In this document: one piece after another, positions 8,579-19,048 of the stretch | How positions within the stretch are numbered: position 1 is the first letter of the stretch | Layout of the letters: every line of letters begins with the position of its first letter | Origin: Thermoplasmatota archaeon | GTDB lineage: Archaea > Thermoplasmatota > Thermoplasmata > UBA10834 | Direction: 5' to 3' | Assembly: GCA_018818785.1 (NCBI GenBank) | Contig: JAHIRF010000002.1 | Location: 135,874 to 199,873 of the forward strand | Length of the DNA: 64,000 nt | Notes under the pieces: model-generated | The model's input: the letters and a program-made list of their open reading frames with translations, nothing else | Told to the model about the DNA's origin: nothing | Database searches by the model: none | Made by a program: the position numbers and the translations under genes

Positions 8579-10723
8579 TTAAGATATCACGAACAGTCCG
8601 ACGAACACGAGCGTCACTGTCGAGAGCAGTTTGACGAGCACGTGTATCGAAGGTCCTGCAGTGTCCTTCAACGGGTCACCGACGGTGTCTCCTACGACCG
8701 CAGCTGCGTGCGTGGGTGATCCCTTTCCACCAAAGTTCCCAGACTCGACGTATTTCTTGCCGTTGTCCCATGCCCCGCCGCCGTTGTTGAACATGTTGGC
8801 GACCATGATTCCAGTGATCGTGCCGACCATGAGCAGACCGCCGACGGCCTGTGGCGCATCGTAGCCGGCCTGGTTCATCAGGACTCCGAAGAGCACTGGC
8901 ACGAGGACGGGCAACAATGCGGGAAGGATCATAGCTTTCAATGCGCCCTTTGTAGCGATATCGACACAGGCCGCATAGTCTGGCTTTGCGGTTCTCTCCA
9001 TTATTCCAGGTATCTCCTTGAACTGCCTGCGGACTTCAGTGATCATCTTCCCTGCGGTCTTTCCGACGGCCCTGATGGCCAATGAAGCGAACAGGAAGAC
9101 AAGCATGGCTCCGAGCAACGCACCCGCGAAGACATCCGGTTGAGCGAGATCCACCTTGAATGCATCTGCCAGGCTGCCTCCGGTCTTGTCGGCAACACGC
9201 TCGAAATAGGCGCCGAACAATAGGAATGCTGCAAGTGCTGCACTTGCCATCGCGTATCCCTTGGTCAAGGCCTTTGTGGTGTTCCCACAGGCATCGAGCC
9301 TGTCGGTCCTCCGTCTGATATCCTCTGGCTGCCTTGACATCTCGACTATTCCACCAGCGTTATCTGTGATGGGTCCGAAAGTGTCCGTTGCAAGTATGAA
9401 TGCACATGTGGCGAGCATACCCATGGTAGCCACTGCGGTGCCGTAGAACCCGTAGACCAGGTGTATAGTTGCGTCATCCACAGCCTCTGCAGGAGCTGCT
9501 GCCTGTCCGAGTGCGAATGCACCCAAGAGAGCAATGATTATTGCGATAACCGGGAGAGCCGTGCTCTCCATCGCGATGGACAAACCGGTTATGATGTTCG
9601 TCGCCGGTCCAGTCTTCGAAGCCTCTGCTATCTCCTTTACAGGTCTCCAGCTTCCAGATGTGTAGTATTGAGTTATGTATACGATTACTATGCTCAGGCC
9701 GATTCCGATGAGTCCTGCAGCGAAGAAGTACAGGTAATTGTCTCCCAACATGTACTTGGTAGATATGTAGAAGAACACCGCTGCGAGCAGGCACGTCACA
9801 TAAAGGCCCTTGTTAATCCCGCTCATCGGGTCCTTGTTTTCATCCTTTATCTTGACGAGCAATACACCAGCCATCGATGCGAATATTCCGAACGATCTGG
9901 CGACCAGAGGGAAGAATATCCACGCGAGGGCGGCCTCTGGAGTCCAGCCAAGAGTCGTTATAGAGAATCCGTATAGTGTCAGACCGAGAACCATCGCACC
10001 GATATTCTCTGCGGCCGTCGACTCGAACAGGTCGGCGCCTCTGCCTGCGCAGTCACCGACATTGTCACCGACGAGGTCAGCTATGACTGCAGGGTTCCTC
10101 GGGTCGTCCTCTGGAATTCCGGCCTCAATCTTTCCGACGAGGTCCGCGCCAACATCAGCAGCTTTTGTGTATATCCCGCCACCAAGCTGAGCGAACAGCG
10201 CAGCGAAACTGGCCCCGAACGCGAACCCAATGGCTGCGTTGAGGGAGTCTCTCACTTCGAGCCCGACGCCAGCAGAGAAAACATAATAGATGCCGGCTAC
10301 TCCAATCAAGCTGAGCGAAACGACCGCCATGCCAGAGACAGCTCCGCCGCGGAACGATGTGACAAGAGCCTCGTTCAGAGATCTCCTTGCAGCAGCTGCC
10401 GTCCTTATGTTGGACCGGACGCTGACATACATTCCAATGTAGCCAGATAGTGCAGACGCGCCCGCACCGACCATGAATGATGCGCCTACCCAATAATAGG
10501 GTTCGATGAAGATTCCAATGAGGACTGCCAGTATCACGCTGATTATGATGATGGTCGTGTACTGGCGCTTCATATAAGCCATCGCACCCTGCTTGATAGC
10601 GTCACTGATCTCCTGCATCTCGGGTGTCCCAAGATCCTTTCTGAAAACATACCAGGTCAGATAGCCTGCGAAGGCAAGACCGACCAATCCCGCAATCGGA
10701 ATCACAAGTGTGATGTCTACCAT
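8579..10723 (-). CDS. hppA: Membrane-bound proton-translocating pyrophosphatase, K+-independent type
   Basis: GGGIYTKAADVGADLVGKIEAGIPEDDPRNPAVIADLVGDNVGD; GNTTKA (Lys form = K+-independent signature); start taken at MVDITL. Confidence 0.95.
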   Translation of the reverse strand: MVDITLVIPIAGLVGLAFAGYLTWYVFRKDLGTPEMQEISDAIKQGAMAYMKRQYTTIIIISVILAVLIGIFIEPYYWVGASFMVGAGASALSGYIGMYVSVRSNIRTAAAARRSLNEALVTSFRGGAVSGMAVVSLSLIGVAGIYYVFSAGVGLEVRDSLNAAIGFAFGASFAALFAQLGGGIYTKAADVGADLVGKIEAGIPEDDPRNPAVIADLVGDNVGDCAGRGADLFESTAAENIGAMVLGLTLYGFSITTLGWTPEAALAWIFFPLVARSFGIFASMAGVLLVKIKDENKDPMSGINKGLYVTCLLAAVFFYISTKYMLGDNYLYFFAAGLIGIGLSIVIVYITQYYTSGSWRPVKEIAEASKTGPATNIITGLSIAMESTALPVIAIIIALLGAFALGQAAAPAEAVDDATIHLVYGFYGTAVATMGMLATCAFILATDTFGPITDNAGGIVEMSRQPEDIRRRTDRLDACGNTTKALTKGYAMASAALAAFLLFGAYFERVADKTGGSLADAFKVDLAQPDVFAGALLGAMLVFLFASLAIRAVGKTAGKMITEVRRQFKEIPGIMERTAKPDYAACVDIATKGALKAMILPALLPVLVPVLFGVLMNQAGYDAPQAVGGLLMVGTITGIMVANMFNNGGGAWDNGKKYVESGNFGGKGSPTHAAAVVGDTVGDPLKDTAGPSIHVLVKLLSTVTLVFVGLFVIS

Positions 10724-10959
10724 CCTAAACTCTCCGTTACCGATTGCCGCAGGATTAGGCTCCCAATATAAATTATTAACCAACTAAGTGCGCAGCTTGT
10801 GCTCTTGAATGTCCGTTATGCCAGCATTATAAACGGCGATACAAATCATGTGTGATAGCCGCTGACAATACGAATCACGACTCGTCGGGTCGAAACAGAC
10901 CGAAAACGATAGAGAAATGATTTGGGGAAAATGGTTTGCGGGCAAATATCGCCGAACGC

Positions 10960-11190
10960 CTATCTCTCGATGAGCGTCTCGACGTATCTCACGAAGCCAA
11001 GCTTCTGGATCTTATCTGCGATCTGGCCGACCTTCTCGAGACCCTGCACGTCCAAGAATGCGACGTAGTCATAGTGTCCGAACACTGTGAATCCGTCTTT
11101 GACTCCAGGGATCTTCGTTATCTTCCCCGCGTCCGTGTATGTCTTAGGCTCCAACATTACGAGTACAACTGCCTTAACCATTTGAATCAC
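10960..11190 (-). CDS. Stand-alone Lrp/AsnC ligand-binding domain protein
   Basis: IPGVK..VFGHYDYVA..VETLI pattern, no HTH. Confidence 0.85.
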   Translation of the reverse strand: MIQMVKAVVLVMLEPKTYTDAGKITKIPGVKDGFTVFGHYDYVAFLDVQGLEKVGQIADKIQKLGFVRYVETLIER

Positions 11191-11191
11191 C

Positions 11192-11425
11192 TCAGATCTC
11201 CGGGAATCCGATCAGGGTTTCGACTATCTCGACGCCCTCGGAGCCGTATATGGTCATCCCTATCTTCGCGATCTTTGCCAGATCCATGTCCTCGGTTTCG
11301 ATAGCTACATCCCATCTTCCATGCACTGGGAAAGCTTCGACTACGCCTGGCAGTTTCTTAGCAATATCCACGATCTTCTTGGTCTTCAGCAACTTGCAGC
11401 AGACTAATATGCATGCCTTTACCAT
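11192..11425 (-). CDS. Stand-alone Lrp/AsnC ligand-binding domain protein
   Basis: LPGVVEAFPVHGRWDVA..GVEIVETLI; paralog of neighbour. Confidence 0.85.
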   Translation of the reverse strand: MVKACILVCCKLLKTKKIVDIAKKLPGVVEAFPVHGRWDVAIETEDMDLAKIAKIGMTIYGSEGVEIVETLIGFPEI

Positions 11426-11615
11426 GGAATCCCTTCCGTTGAGGCAGCAAACGGAGTCTATATGTATATAATCTATCCGAAACCACGCATGGAATGGATT
11501 TATGGAGTCTTGGGGAACCACGTTACGCCATTATCATCATTCGTGACGATTCGAACAAAAAGCATTATGACGCAACACAATGATTTTACACATGAGACGC
11601 AATGGCGTCGTATAG

Positions 11616-12317
11616 GTGATTCATATGGGTCCTCCGGAGGAAAGCGTCCAGAAGAAGCGTGATTTTCAGAAAACCAAAGATGATGATCTAGATGCATTCC
11701 TTACGAAGAGGGAACCTTCCAAGAACGCTAAGCCAGTATCATCTGAACTATCGACTAAGAAGCCCCAATCATCGGAATCGGATGAGGATCAACCACCTAA
11801 GGAGACTTCCGATGAGGAGCACGATAATCAGATCAAAGCCGCTAGGACTGGCAGGGCTGCCGCCGAAGCATATCACGATGTCGCTGTCCTGAGGAAGAAA
11901 TCGCATGAACACAGTCACAAGGCGTCCAAGTTCTTCCACAAATACAAGAGCAACGAGGCCAGACGCCAGAAATGCTCCTCCAGGGCCGTCGCATACCGCG
12001 AGAAGGCGTCTGAGCGGAGGGAGAAGGCAAAGGAGCACAGAGCGGCTACCAAAGAATATGATCTGGAGCTGAGGGGCGCTGCGCAGGGCAAGGGGGATCT
12101 GAGCCCTGAGGCACTGAGGAACAAGATCGCTGTCCTTGAGCGCAAGACGGCGAAGCAGGAGTCAAAAGCGAGAAAATACGAATCACTGGCTGCTGATCAG
12201 ACTGAGAAGGCCGCCAAATACAGGACGAGAGCGGCCAAGTTCCTCGAGAAGAACAAGTCGCACGAGAGCGAGTCCCGGATGTATGGGAAGAGGGCAGACA
12301 ACCTCGAGAAGGTCTAG
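11616..12317 (+). CDS. Hypothetical charged helical/coiled-coil protein
   Basis: Long K/E/A/R-rich ORF with internal KA.KY-type repeats. Confidence 0.7.
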   Translation: MIHMGPPEESVQKKRDFQKTKDDDLDAFLTKREPSKNAKPVSSELSTKKPQSSESDEDQPPKETSDEEHDNQIKAARTGRAAAEAYHDVAVLRKKSHEHSHKASKFFHKYKSNEARRQKCSSRAVAYREKASERREKAKEHRAATKEYDLELRGAAQGKGDLSPEALRNKIAVLERKTAKQESKARKYESLAADQTEKAAKYRTRAAKFLEKNKSHESESRMYGKRADNLEKV

Positions 12318-12327
12318 AATCTCGATA

Positions 12328-12711
12328 TCATCGTGTCTTCCGACTCATCTCCTGGCCTTGGGCAGACCAGTGTAGGAAGGATGGTTCATCTTCCAGATCG
12401 ACCGTTTCTGAGCTAGATTCGCCGTTGGCTTTGACGAATACGCGCAGTCTCCCGTCCTGAAGGACCACCTCGGCGGATTCGACCGTCGAACGGTACATAG
12501 CCACGGACTTGCCACCGATGGACACTGCCTTGTCCTCTTCTCGGATCATGCCCGCCTGTTTGAGCAGACGTATCCGTCTGTAGCAGGCCGCGATGGGTAT
12601 CCCTAGCGCTTCGCTGATCTCCGTGGCGTTCATGGCCTGCACCTCCGTCATGGAGAGTATCTCCGATGAATGTTCGTCGAGCATGAGTTTGAAGGAATCC
12701 ATGGCATTCAT
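12328..12711 (-). CDS. Winged-helix (ArsR-like) transcription regulator
   Basis: MNATEISEALGIPIAACYRRIRLLKQAGMI HTH. Confidence 0.82.
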   Translation of the reverse strand: MNAMDSFKLMLDEHSSEILSMTEVQAMNATEISEALGIPIAACYRRIRLLKQAGMIREEDKAVSIGGKSVAMYRSTVESAEVVLQDGRLRVFVKANGESSSETVDLEDEPSFLHWSAQGQEMSRKTR

Positions 12712-12722
12712 CGAGTCACGAC

Positions 12723-13670
12723 CTATATCCTCGACAGACCTGACCATTCCTGGTCGAAGTTGCTGCCTCCAATACCTTGTAGATGGACAGATGAGTGTTC
12801 GAAACCCGGCTTGTTGGCGGCCCTTTGGAGATAATTCACATCACCAGTCTCTATATCGAGATGAAGGAACACGACATTGTCCACTTTGAGGACTGGCAGT
12901 ATCTTGCCCGCATCCATGCCTTCGGGGTTCTCCACCATCTGGCCACACGCGGAACACTTGCCTGAATCGAGAGGTCCATGCTGTCCACAGAACGGACAGT
13001 CTACCTCGTCGAGTGGGTTGTTGTCGAACTCCATGTCTGTGAATATTCCTACGATACCGGTGTCTCCCAGCTCCAACCGGGTGCCGCATATCGGACACCT
13101 GTCAGTGTTCAATTCAACGACAGTACCACAATGTGTGCACTCGAAAACGAAGTCGGGACCACCTTTGTCGTCCTGCAGATAATGCAGGATGCCCAACTCG
13201 GCATCGAAGTGTATCAGGGGATTGCCGTCCTTCGTGACGAAATCCTCGGGTTGGAATTCTTTGAGATTCTCAGCGCGCAGGAGTTCCTCCATCTCAGCCT
13301 CGTCTATTCCTTGTATGTACAATGCGCGGCACTTCGGACACCTCTCTGCGCCATCGGGCATCTGGGTGTTGCACTCGAAGCATTGGAATGTCTTCATGAC
13401 GGGTCTTGGAGGAGCGTTAGAAGATCTAGCGACAAACTGGTCTAGAACTTGAGCGGTGATCTGGATATCATCGCGTGTAATCTTGGGCGCCTTCAGGGCA
13501 TCAGCCATATGTTTCCTGCTCATAGGCTTCGCCTTGACAACCCGTCTTAGATGCCTCTTCTCTTCCTTGACAGTGATGAAGGTACCTTTCTTTCCTAATC
13601 TCCTGGCCTTCGCTGGGGCATTCGCATCCTCGTCGACCCCTTCATCAGTCTGTTGGCGTTTCGCTTTCAT
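12723..13670 (-). CDS. Multi zinc-ribbon protein
   Basis: Three double-CxxC ribbons (CFEC..CPKC, CTHC..CPIC, CPFC..CSAC) and a duplicated HxD.E.G...YLQ motif. Confidence 0.75.
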   Translation of the reverse strand: MKAKRQQTDEGVDEDANAPAKARRLGKKGTFITVKEEKRHLRRVVKAKPMSRKHMADALKAPKITRDDIQITAQVLDQFVARSSNAPPRPVMKTFQCFECNTQMPDGAERCPKCRALYIQGIDEAEMEELLRAENLKEFQPEDFVTKDGNPLIHFDAELGILHYLQDDKGGPDFVFECTHCGTVVELNTDRCPICGTRLELGDTGIVGIFTDMEFDNNPLDEVDCPFCGQHGPLDSGKCSACGQMVENPEGMDAGKILPVLKVDNVVFLHLDIETGDVNYLQRAANKPGFEHSSVHLQGIGGSNFDQEWSGLSRI

Positions 13671-13805
13671 ATCCCAGATCCTCTCGTCAGATGTTTCGAA
13701 TCGTTTCTCTCAGCTCAACGATTGGATAGGATTACTTATACCGGTGTCGACACGGTAATCAGCGCTGATAACACCAGACCCTGCCAGTCTTCAGGCGTCG
13801 GAGGC

Positions 13806-14498
13806 TCAGAATCGCGCCTTCAGCACTATCACGCCGTCTTTGCGTGTTATATCAACCGATTGCTTCCCAGTCAGATGGTTGGTGCCTCTCATCTTGAGCA
13901 CCTCTATGTATTTGCGCCTGGCATCTCCTTCGTCGGAGAGCATCAGAAGGATGACCCCATCTACCGCGTACGATATCTCCGCGGGGTACAGTTCACCCGG
14001 ATGTACTTCACCTGTCAGAATGGTGACGGCCTGCCAGTTCTTCAATCGGGTCGCGAGATCGAACGCGAATACCCTGTAGTCATCTTTCATCATCGTACCC
14101 ACCACCGTGATTGGATCGATGACGATCCTGTTGGGCATCACCTCGGCGATCTTCTTGTCTATGATGTCGAGTATCTCTTCACCACTCCTCTTTCGGAGTT
14201 CGAGGCCGAGGTCGAAGTAGACTATCTCCTTGCCGTAGAACTCACGCTTGGCGAACTCGAACTGAGTGGCATATCTCAGCATCCACTGCGCAGGCTCGCT
14301 GAGTGTGCTTATGTAGAGGCACTGCTCGCCATTCTCAGCACCTGAGAACATGAATTTCTGGGCGAACGTGGTCTTGCCAGATCCCGCACCGCCAGCTACG
14401 AGGACAACCGATGGATAGGGGAAGCCTCCTTCGATCATATCGTCCAGGCCAGGAATGCCACTGCTCAGTCTCGGGAAGCCATTCTCGATCATATTCAA
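13806..14498 (-). CDS. KaiC/RAD55-family ATPase (single domain)
   Basis: SGIPGLDDMIEGG, Walker A GGAGSGKT, RIVIDPI, EVLKMRGT. Confidence 0.92.
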   Translation of the reverse strand: MNMIENGFPRLSSGIPGLDDMIEGGFPYPSVVLVAGGAGSGKTTFAQKFMFSGAENGEQCLYISTLSEPAQWMLRYATQFEFAKREFYGKEIVYFDLGLELRKRSGEEILDIIDKKIAEVMPNRIVIDPITVVGTMMKDDYRVFAFDLATRLKNWQAVTILTGEVHPGELYPAEISYAVDGVILLMLSDEGDARRKYIEVLKMRGTNHLTGKQSVDITRKDGVIVLKARF

Positions 14499-15208
14499 AT
14501 CACTCCTTTCGAAATATCGCTCTTCGCCAGTCCTCCGGGACTGCCCTGGAAGACATGTCTTATCTGCATATCAGGTGACAGTTCGATCGTCTTCGTCGCG
14601 ATTTCAGACACAAACTCGAAGAGGACCGGATGAACCTCCTTGTCCATCGCCAAGACGGTGATCACTCTCTGGGAGGCTCTGTTCCTCAGCACCGCGAGAT
14701 ACTTCGTGAAGAATGTCTCCACGCTCGCCATCGTGTTATAGGTCAGCAGGGTGGATACATTGTCCATCACGACGAACTCGACCATTGAGAACTCTGATGA
14801 GATATCAGGGTTCGAGCCATTCGAACCTGCTATGAACTCCGGTAGAACCTCGATGTGAAACGGTCCTTTCTGGAATTCAGCAGCGACCGCACCGCCTTTC
14901 GTATCTGACGATTGGACCGATATGGCATCAACGAAAGACAGATTGGTCTGATCGATGCCATGGAGCTGGAGGAGATGTGAGACATATTGGTGGGGTCTAT
15001 CGATCGTTATCATGATGCCTTTCTTCTGTTTTCGCTCCAGGAGCGCTTTCAGAAGAACCAAGTTCAATCGGACCAGATTCGTATACTTCACCGATATGAG
15101 ATACAGCCCGCTCTCTCCTTCAGTCTGAATCTCTGAGCTGATGATCTTGACTAGCTGGAGATCCTTCTCATTCACTCGTCGCACACCCACTACACGACTA
15201 TCACTCAA
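14495..15208 (-). CDS. Inactivated KaiC-like ATPase-fold protein
   Basis: ITIDRP, FVDAIS, VVMDNVSTLLTYN pattern with no Walker A; overlaps KaiC start. Confidence 0.7.
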   Translation of the reverse strand: MSDSRVVGVRRVNEKDLQLVKIISSEIQTEGESGLYLISVKYTNLVRLNLVLLKALLERKQKKGIMITIDRPHQYVSHLLQLHGIDQTNLSFVDAISVQSSDTKGGAVAAEFQKGPFHIEVLPEFIAGSNGSNPDISSEFSMVEFVVMDNVSTLLTYNTMASVETFFTKYLAVLRNRASQRVITVLAMDKEVHPVLFEFVSEIATKTIELSPDMQIRHVFQGSPGGLAKSDISKGVI

Positions 15209-15417
15209 TAATGCGTTATTTCATATAAGCAGATTCCCGAGATTATCCAGTGAGATATGCATTCGAACGACCATTGATCCTCAATCTAAACGGCCCGACT
15301 CATTCCCAGCAGACATTACCAAGCGTTTGCCATACATCGAAAAAGATATAAACGGGACCTATCATTGTCCTCACTGCGTCCACAGTCTAATGGGTGTTCT
15401 GACGGCGTTGGTACAGT

Positions 15418-16290
15418 ATGACGGAAGAGCTTGTTGCAGAACTCGAAGAAAAGCGGGCACGGCACAATGCCGATGCCGAACGGCACAAGAGGCTCAGAGA
15501 TGAGCTTAATGAGAAGACTAGGGAATGGGCCGACCGAAGAGATGAATTGAATGCACAGGTTCGAAAGCTCATAGAAGAGGCCAACGCCAGACGCGAGACG
15601 AGGGACAAGCTCAACGCCGAGGTCAGAGAGGTCAAAGCCAAGAGAGACGATTGGAACAGGAAGTTCAACGACCAGAGCGATAAGGTCATCACACTCAAGC
15701 GGGAGAACATGCCCAAGAGCGGCCAATCAATCCGAAAGTACAAGGCTGAGCTCAGGACGCTCGAGAAGAGACACATGACCTCGGTCCTCACCACCGAGAA
15801 GGAGAGAGCCCTGGTCGAAGAGATATCATCGCTCAGCAACAAGATACGCTCCCTCGAGAAAGAGATGGAGCAGTTCACCGAGGTCAAGACTGCCGAGCAC
15901 GACGCAAGAGAGGCGAAGGATCAGGCTGAGACATTCCACAGGCAGGTCTCCGAATACGCCGAGAAGGCGCAGATGGAGCACGATGCCATGCTGAAGCTCT
16001 ACGAGGAAGCGGACGCCATCAGAAAGGAGGCCGACGATGCCCAAGAGAAGTTCATCGATGCCAAACTAACCGCTGACGAGGAGCACCGTGAGCATATAGA
16101 GCACATCCGACAGGTTCACGATTTCGACAAGATCATAACTGGCATCCGTGACAAGAGTCGCAAGTCCCGCAGAGAGAATGACGAGAGTTCTGTCAAGAAA
16201 GAGGCCGAGGAGATCTACGATAAGTTCCGGAGCGGAGAGAAGCTCAGCACCGAGGACATCATGGTGCTTCAGAAATCCGGTTACATGTGA
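15418..16290 (+). CDS. Conserved archaeal coiled-coil protein (COG1340-like)
   Basis: RDELN repeats, C-terminal AEEIYDKFRSGEKLSTEDIMVLQK. Confidence 0.85.
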   Translation: MTEELVAELEEKRARHNADAERHKRLRDELNEKTREWADRRDELNAQVRKLIEEANARRETRDKLNAEVREVKAKRDDWNRKFNDQSDKVITLKRENMPKSGQSIRKYKAELRTLEKRHMTSVLTTEKERALVEEISSLSNKIRSLEKEMEQFTEVKTAEHDAREAKDQAETFHRQVSEYAEKAQMEHDAMLKLYEEADAIRKEADDAQEKFIDAKLTADEEHREHIEHIRQVHDFDKIITGIRDKSRKSRRENDESSVKKEAEEIYDKFRSGEKLSTEDIMVLQKSGYM

Positions 16291-16591
16291 GGTGCACCGG
16301 CTCCACATGAAGCGGGGGTTCTGCCAGTTGAAAAAGCGACGTTATTCCCGCGATATGCTGGCTATGTACTTCGTTTAAGACCTCTGCCCCGGCAAAGTAT
16401 TTAAGGGCTGATTCGATAATTATAAATAGGGCACCGCCAATATATCACCCGGGAAATTTTGGGCTAGTTGTTAGAGTGCATCCCATCCCTTCTGACAAGG
16501 CTAGCCCTTCCCTTCCCTTTTTTTGTAAATGGAAGAACGGTTGCACAACATATTTATCCGAAGCGTAGCTTAGCGGCGGAAGTAGATTCAG

Positions 16592-17932
16592 ATGGTGCTG
16601 GAAAACCTCGGTGGCGCTCTGAAAGACGCAATCAAAAAGATCGCCAACGCATCACATGTTGACCAGAAGCTTGTCAAGGAAGTCGTGAAGGATATTCAGC
16701 GCGCGCTCCTTCAGGCAGATATCAATGTCAAACTAGTCATCTCGATGACTAAGGAGCTCGAGCAACGGGCGCTCACGGAGAAGCCCCCTGCAGGCATGAG
16801 CTCGCGGGAACATGTCATAAAGATAGTGTATGAGGAGCTAGTGAAGCTCATCGGAAAGGGAGGGGAGATACCTGCCAAACCCCAGCGGATACTTATGGTG
16901 GGGCTCTATGGTCAGGGAAAGACTACCACATCGGGCAAATTGGCTAAGGACCTCCACAAGAGAGGCATGAAGGTCGGCCTTGTCGCTGCCGATGTCCACC
17001 GACCTGCTGCCTTTGATCAGCTCACCCAGATTGGCGCCAAGATAAACGTGCCAGTGTTCGGCGACCCCAAGGAGAAGAGCGCAGTCAAGATAGCCAAGCG
17101 GGCAATGAAAGAGTTCGAGGGCTACGATGTCATCATATTCGACACATCAGGCAGACACGCCCTGGAGGCCGACCTCATCGATGAGATAGAATCGGTCGCC
17201 AAGATAGTCGACGCGGAGCAGAAGATACTCGTCCTTGACGCGCAGACTGGGCAGCAGGCAGGGCCTCAAGCCAAGGCGTTCCATGATGCAGTCCATGTCA
17301 CTGGCGTCATAATAACCAAGTTGGATGGCACTGCCAAGGGCGGAGGGGCGCTCAGCGCAGTCGCGGAGACCGGCGCCCCGATCTGTTATGTGGGAGTGGG
17401 CGAGCATCTTGAGGATATCGAGCGGTTCGACCCCGATCGTTTCATAAGCAGGCTTCTGGGGATGGGGGATATCAAGTCCCTCATAGAGGTCGCGAGCGAG
17501 GTCATGGATGAGGAGAAGGCCGAAGAGGCTGCGCGTAAGATGATGTCCGGCAAGTTCTCCTTGAAAGAGATGTACGATCAGATGGAGATGCTCCAGGGTA
17601 TGGGGCCTCTGAAGAAGATCGCGTCCATGCTTCCGGGTATGTCTGACAAGCTACAAGAGCAGGACATGGAGGCGACCCAGGAGCGCTTGGTAAGGTTCAG
17701 GGTCATAATGGATTCGATGACCGAGGAGGAGCTTGAGAACCCCAAGCTCATCAAGTCGTCCAGGATCATAAGGGTCGCGCGCGGGAGCGGCACGACCACA
17801 AAAGAAGTCAAGGAGCTGCTGAAGCAGTATGACATGTCCAAGAAAGCCATGAAGGGTTTCATGGGCAACCGGAAGATGCGGAGGCAGCTCATGAAGCAGT
17901 TCAAGGGCGCTGACTTCTCCAAGGAGGCATGA
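16592..17932 (+). CDS. srp54: Signal recognition particle protein SRP54
   Basis: GLYGQGKTTT, DTSGR, TKLDGTAKGGGALS, M domain DSMTEEELENP. Confidence 0.97.
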   Translation: MVLENLGGALKDAIKKIANASHVDQKLVKEVVKDIQRALLQADINVKLVISMTKELEQRALTEKPPAGMSSREHVIKIVYEELVKLIGKGGEIPAKPQRILMVGLYGQGKTTTSGKLAKDLHKRGMKVGLVAADVHRPAAFDQLTQIGAKINVPVFGDPKEKSAVKIAKRAMKEFEGYDVIIFDTSGRHALEADLIDEIESVAKIVDAEQKILVLDAQTGQQAGPQAKAFHDAVHVTGVIITKLDGTAKGGGALSAVAETGAPICYVGVGEHLEDIERFDPDRFISRLLGMGDIKSLIEVASEVMDEEKAEEAARKMMSGKFSLKEMYDQMEMLQGMGPLKKIASMLPGMSDKLQEQDMEATQERLVRFRVIMDSMTEEELENPKLIKSSRIIRVARGSGTTTKEVKELLKQYDMSKKAMKGFMGNRKMRRQLMKQFKGADFSKEA

Positions 17933-18525
17933 CAATGAGACGATTCGTCGTATTGGGCCATAGGGCCATCACGTCTGCTGATTTCAAACTCGATGACCTC
18001 TGCGGGTCAACCGGTCGGTTGGATATCCTCCTCAGATGCGTCAATTCGGCGTTCTTCCTATCACATTCGATCCGAAGGGATGTGGAGATCACGCTCATGC
18101 TCCTCGGAGAGCCCAACCCACCAAAGACCATACGGATCGACGGCTCGGAGGTCAAATACCTCAATCCTGACGAGAGGAGCACCGCCGCCCTGATAAGGAA
18201 CGCACTCATGCAGAAGGGCGAGGGCGAGAGAAGGTGCTCTCCGGGCATATATGTCTCTGAGCGGAGCTACCAGGATGTCCTGTCGAACATATCGAAGGAG
18301 TCCCAGATGTACTATCTCAAAGAGGATGGGGCGGACATCAGGTCTTGCGACTTCGTCCAGGACAACACATTCGTCATGGGGGACGATCAGGACCTCACTC
18401 CTGAGGAGGAGGAGATACTGATGAACTACGAGCCGAAGAAGATATCATTGGGACCTGTCAGCTACCACGCGGACCATTGCGTGACACTAGTCAATAACGA
18501 GCTCGACCGAAAGAACATCGCCTAA
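17929..18525 (+). CDS. trmY: tRNA (pseudouridine54-N1)-methyltransferase
   Basis: DDLCGSTGRLDILLRC, LNPDERS, ISLGPVSYHADHC. Confidence 0.92.
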   Translation: MTMRRFVVLGHRAITSADFKLDDLCGSTGRLDILLRCVNSAFFLSHSIRRDVEITLMLLGEPNPPKTIRIDGSEVKYLNPDERSTAALIRNALMQKGEGERRCSPGIYVSERSYQDVLSNISKESQMYYLKEDGADIRSCDFVQDNTFVMGDDQDLTPEEEEILMNYEPKKISLGPVSYHADHCVTLVNNELDRKNIA

Positions 18526-18893
18526 GAATATTTGGTCCCGAGACGCGTGACCCTATTCCCTGCGTCTGGCTCATCCGAATCGCCGTTCTCAGGGTGAACA
18601 TCGAACTTCAGCGAGAACCTGCCTTTTGAGAATTTGATCGCAGCCGACTTGAGACGGCACTTGTACATCCTCACTCTACGACCTTTATAGACCTCCTTGT
18701 CCTGGTCTATGGTAATGAGCCCTGCATCTTCCAGCTCATGTATACGCCTATAGCAGGCCGCGATGGGTATACGGCATAGCTTGCTCAGCTTCTGGGCGGA
18801 CATGGGGGATGTATAGGTGTACGCAAGGATCTTCTGGGAATAATTATCCGCCAGAAGCTTGGACACCTCCTTGGACTTCTCTTCGGGGGTCAT
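18522..18893 (-). CDS. Winged-helix (ArsR-like) transcription regulator
   Basis: PMSAQKLSKLCRIPIAACYRRIHELEDAGLI; paralog of 12328-12711. Confidence 0.82.
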   Translation of the reverse strand: MTPEEKSKEVSKLLADNYSQKILAYTYTSPMSAQKLSKLCRIPIAACYRRIHELEDAGLITIDQDKEVYKGRRVRMYKCRLKSAAIKFSKGRFSLKFDVHPENGDSDEPDAGNRVTRLGTKYS

Positions 18894-19048
18894 CTAGCTC
18901 CATTGAATGAGTAATTGCAGCATTTAAGCTGGTTTTCGTCAGGTTATCAGTGGTGATAAGGAACCTGGCAATATCCGGAATGTCCGATTCATACGCGCGA
19001 AACAATTATCTCTCCCGGGTATATGTCCTATCATCGGGAGAAAGTCCC

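Noticed and set aside
12328-18893. Two IPIAACYRRI wHTH paralogs as boundaries of a mobile or duplicated segment
   Set aside because: The interval holds core genes (srp54, trmY) and similarity is limited to the HTH; ordinary paralogy.
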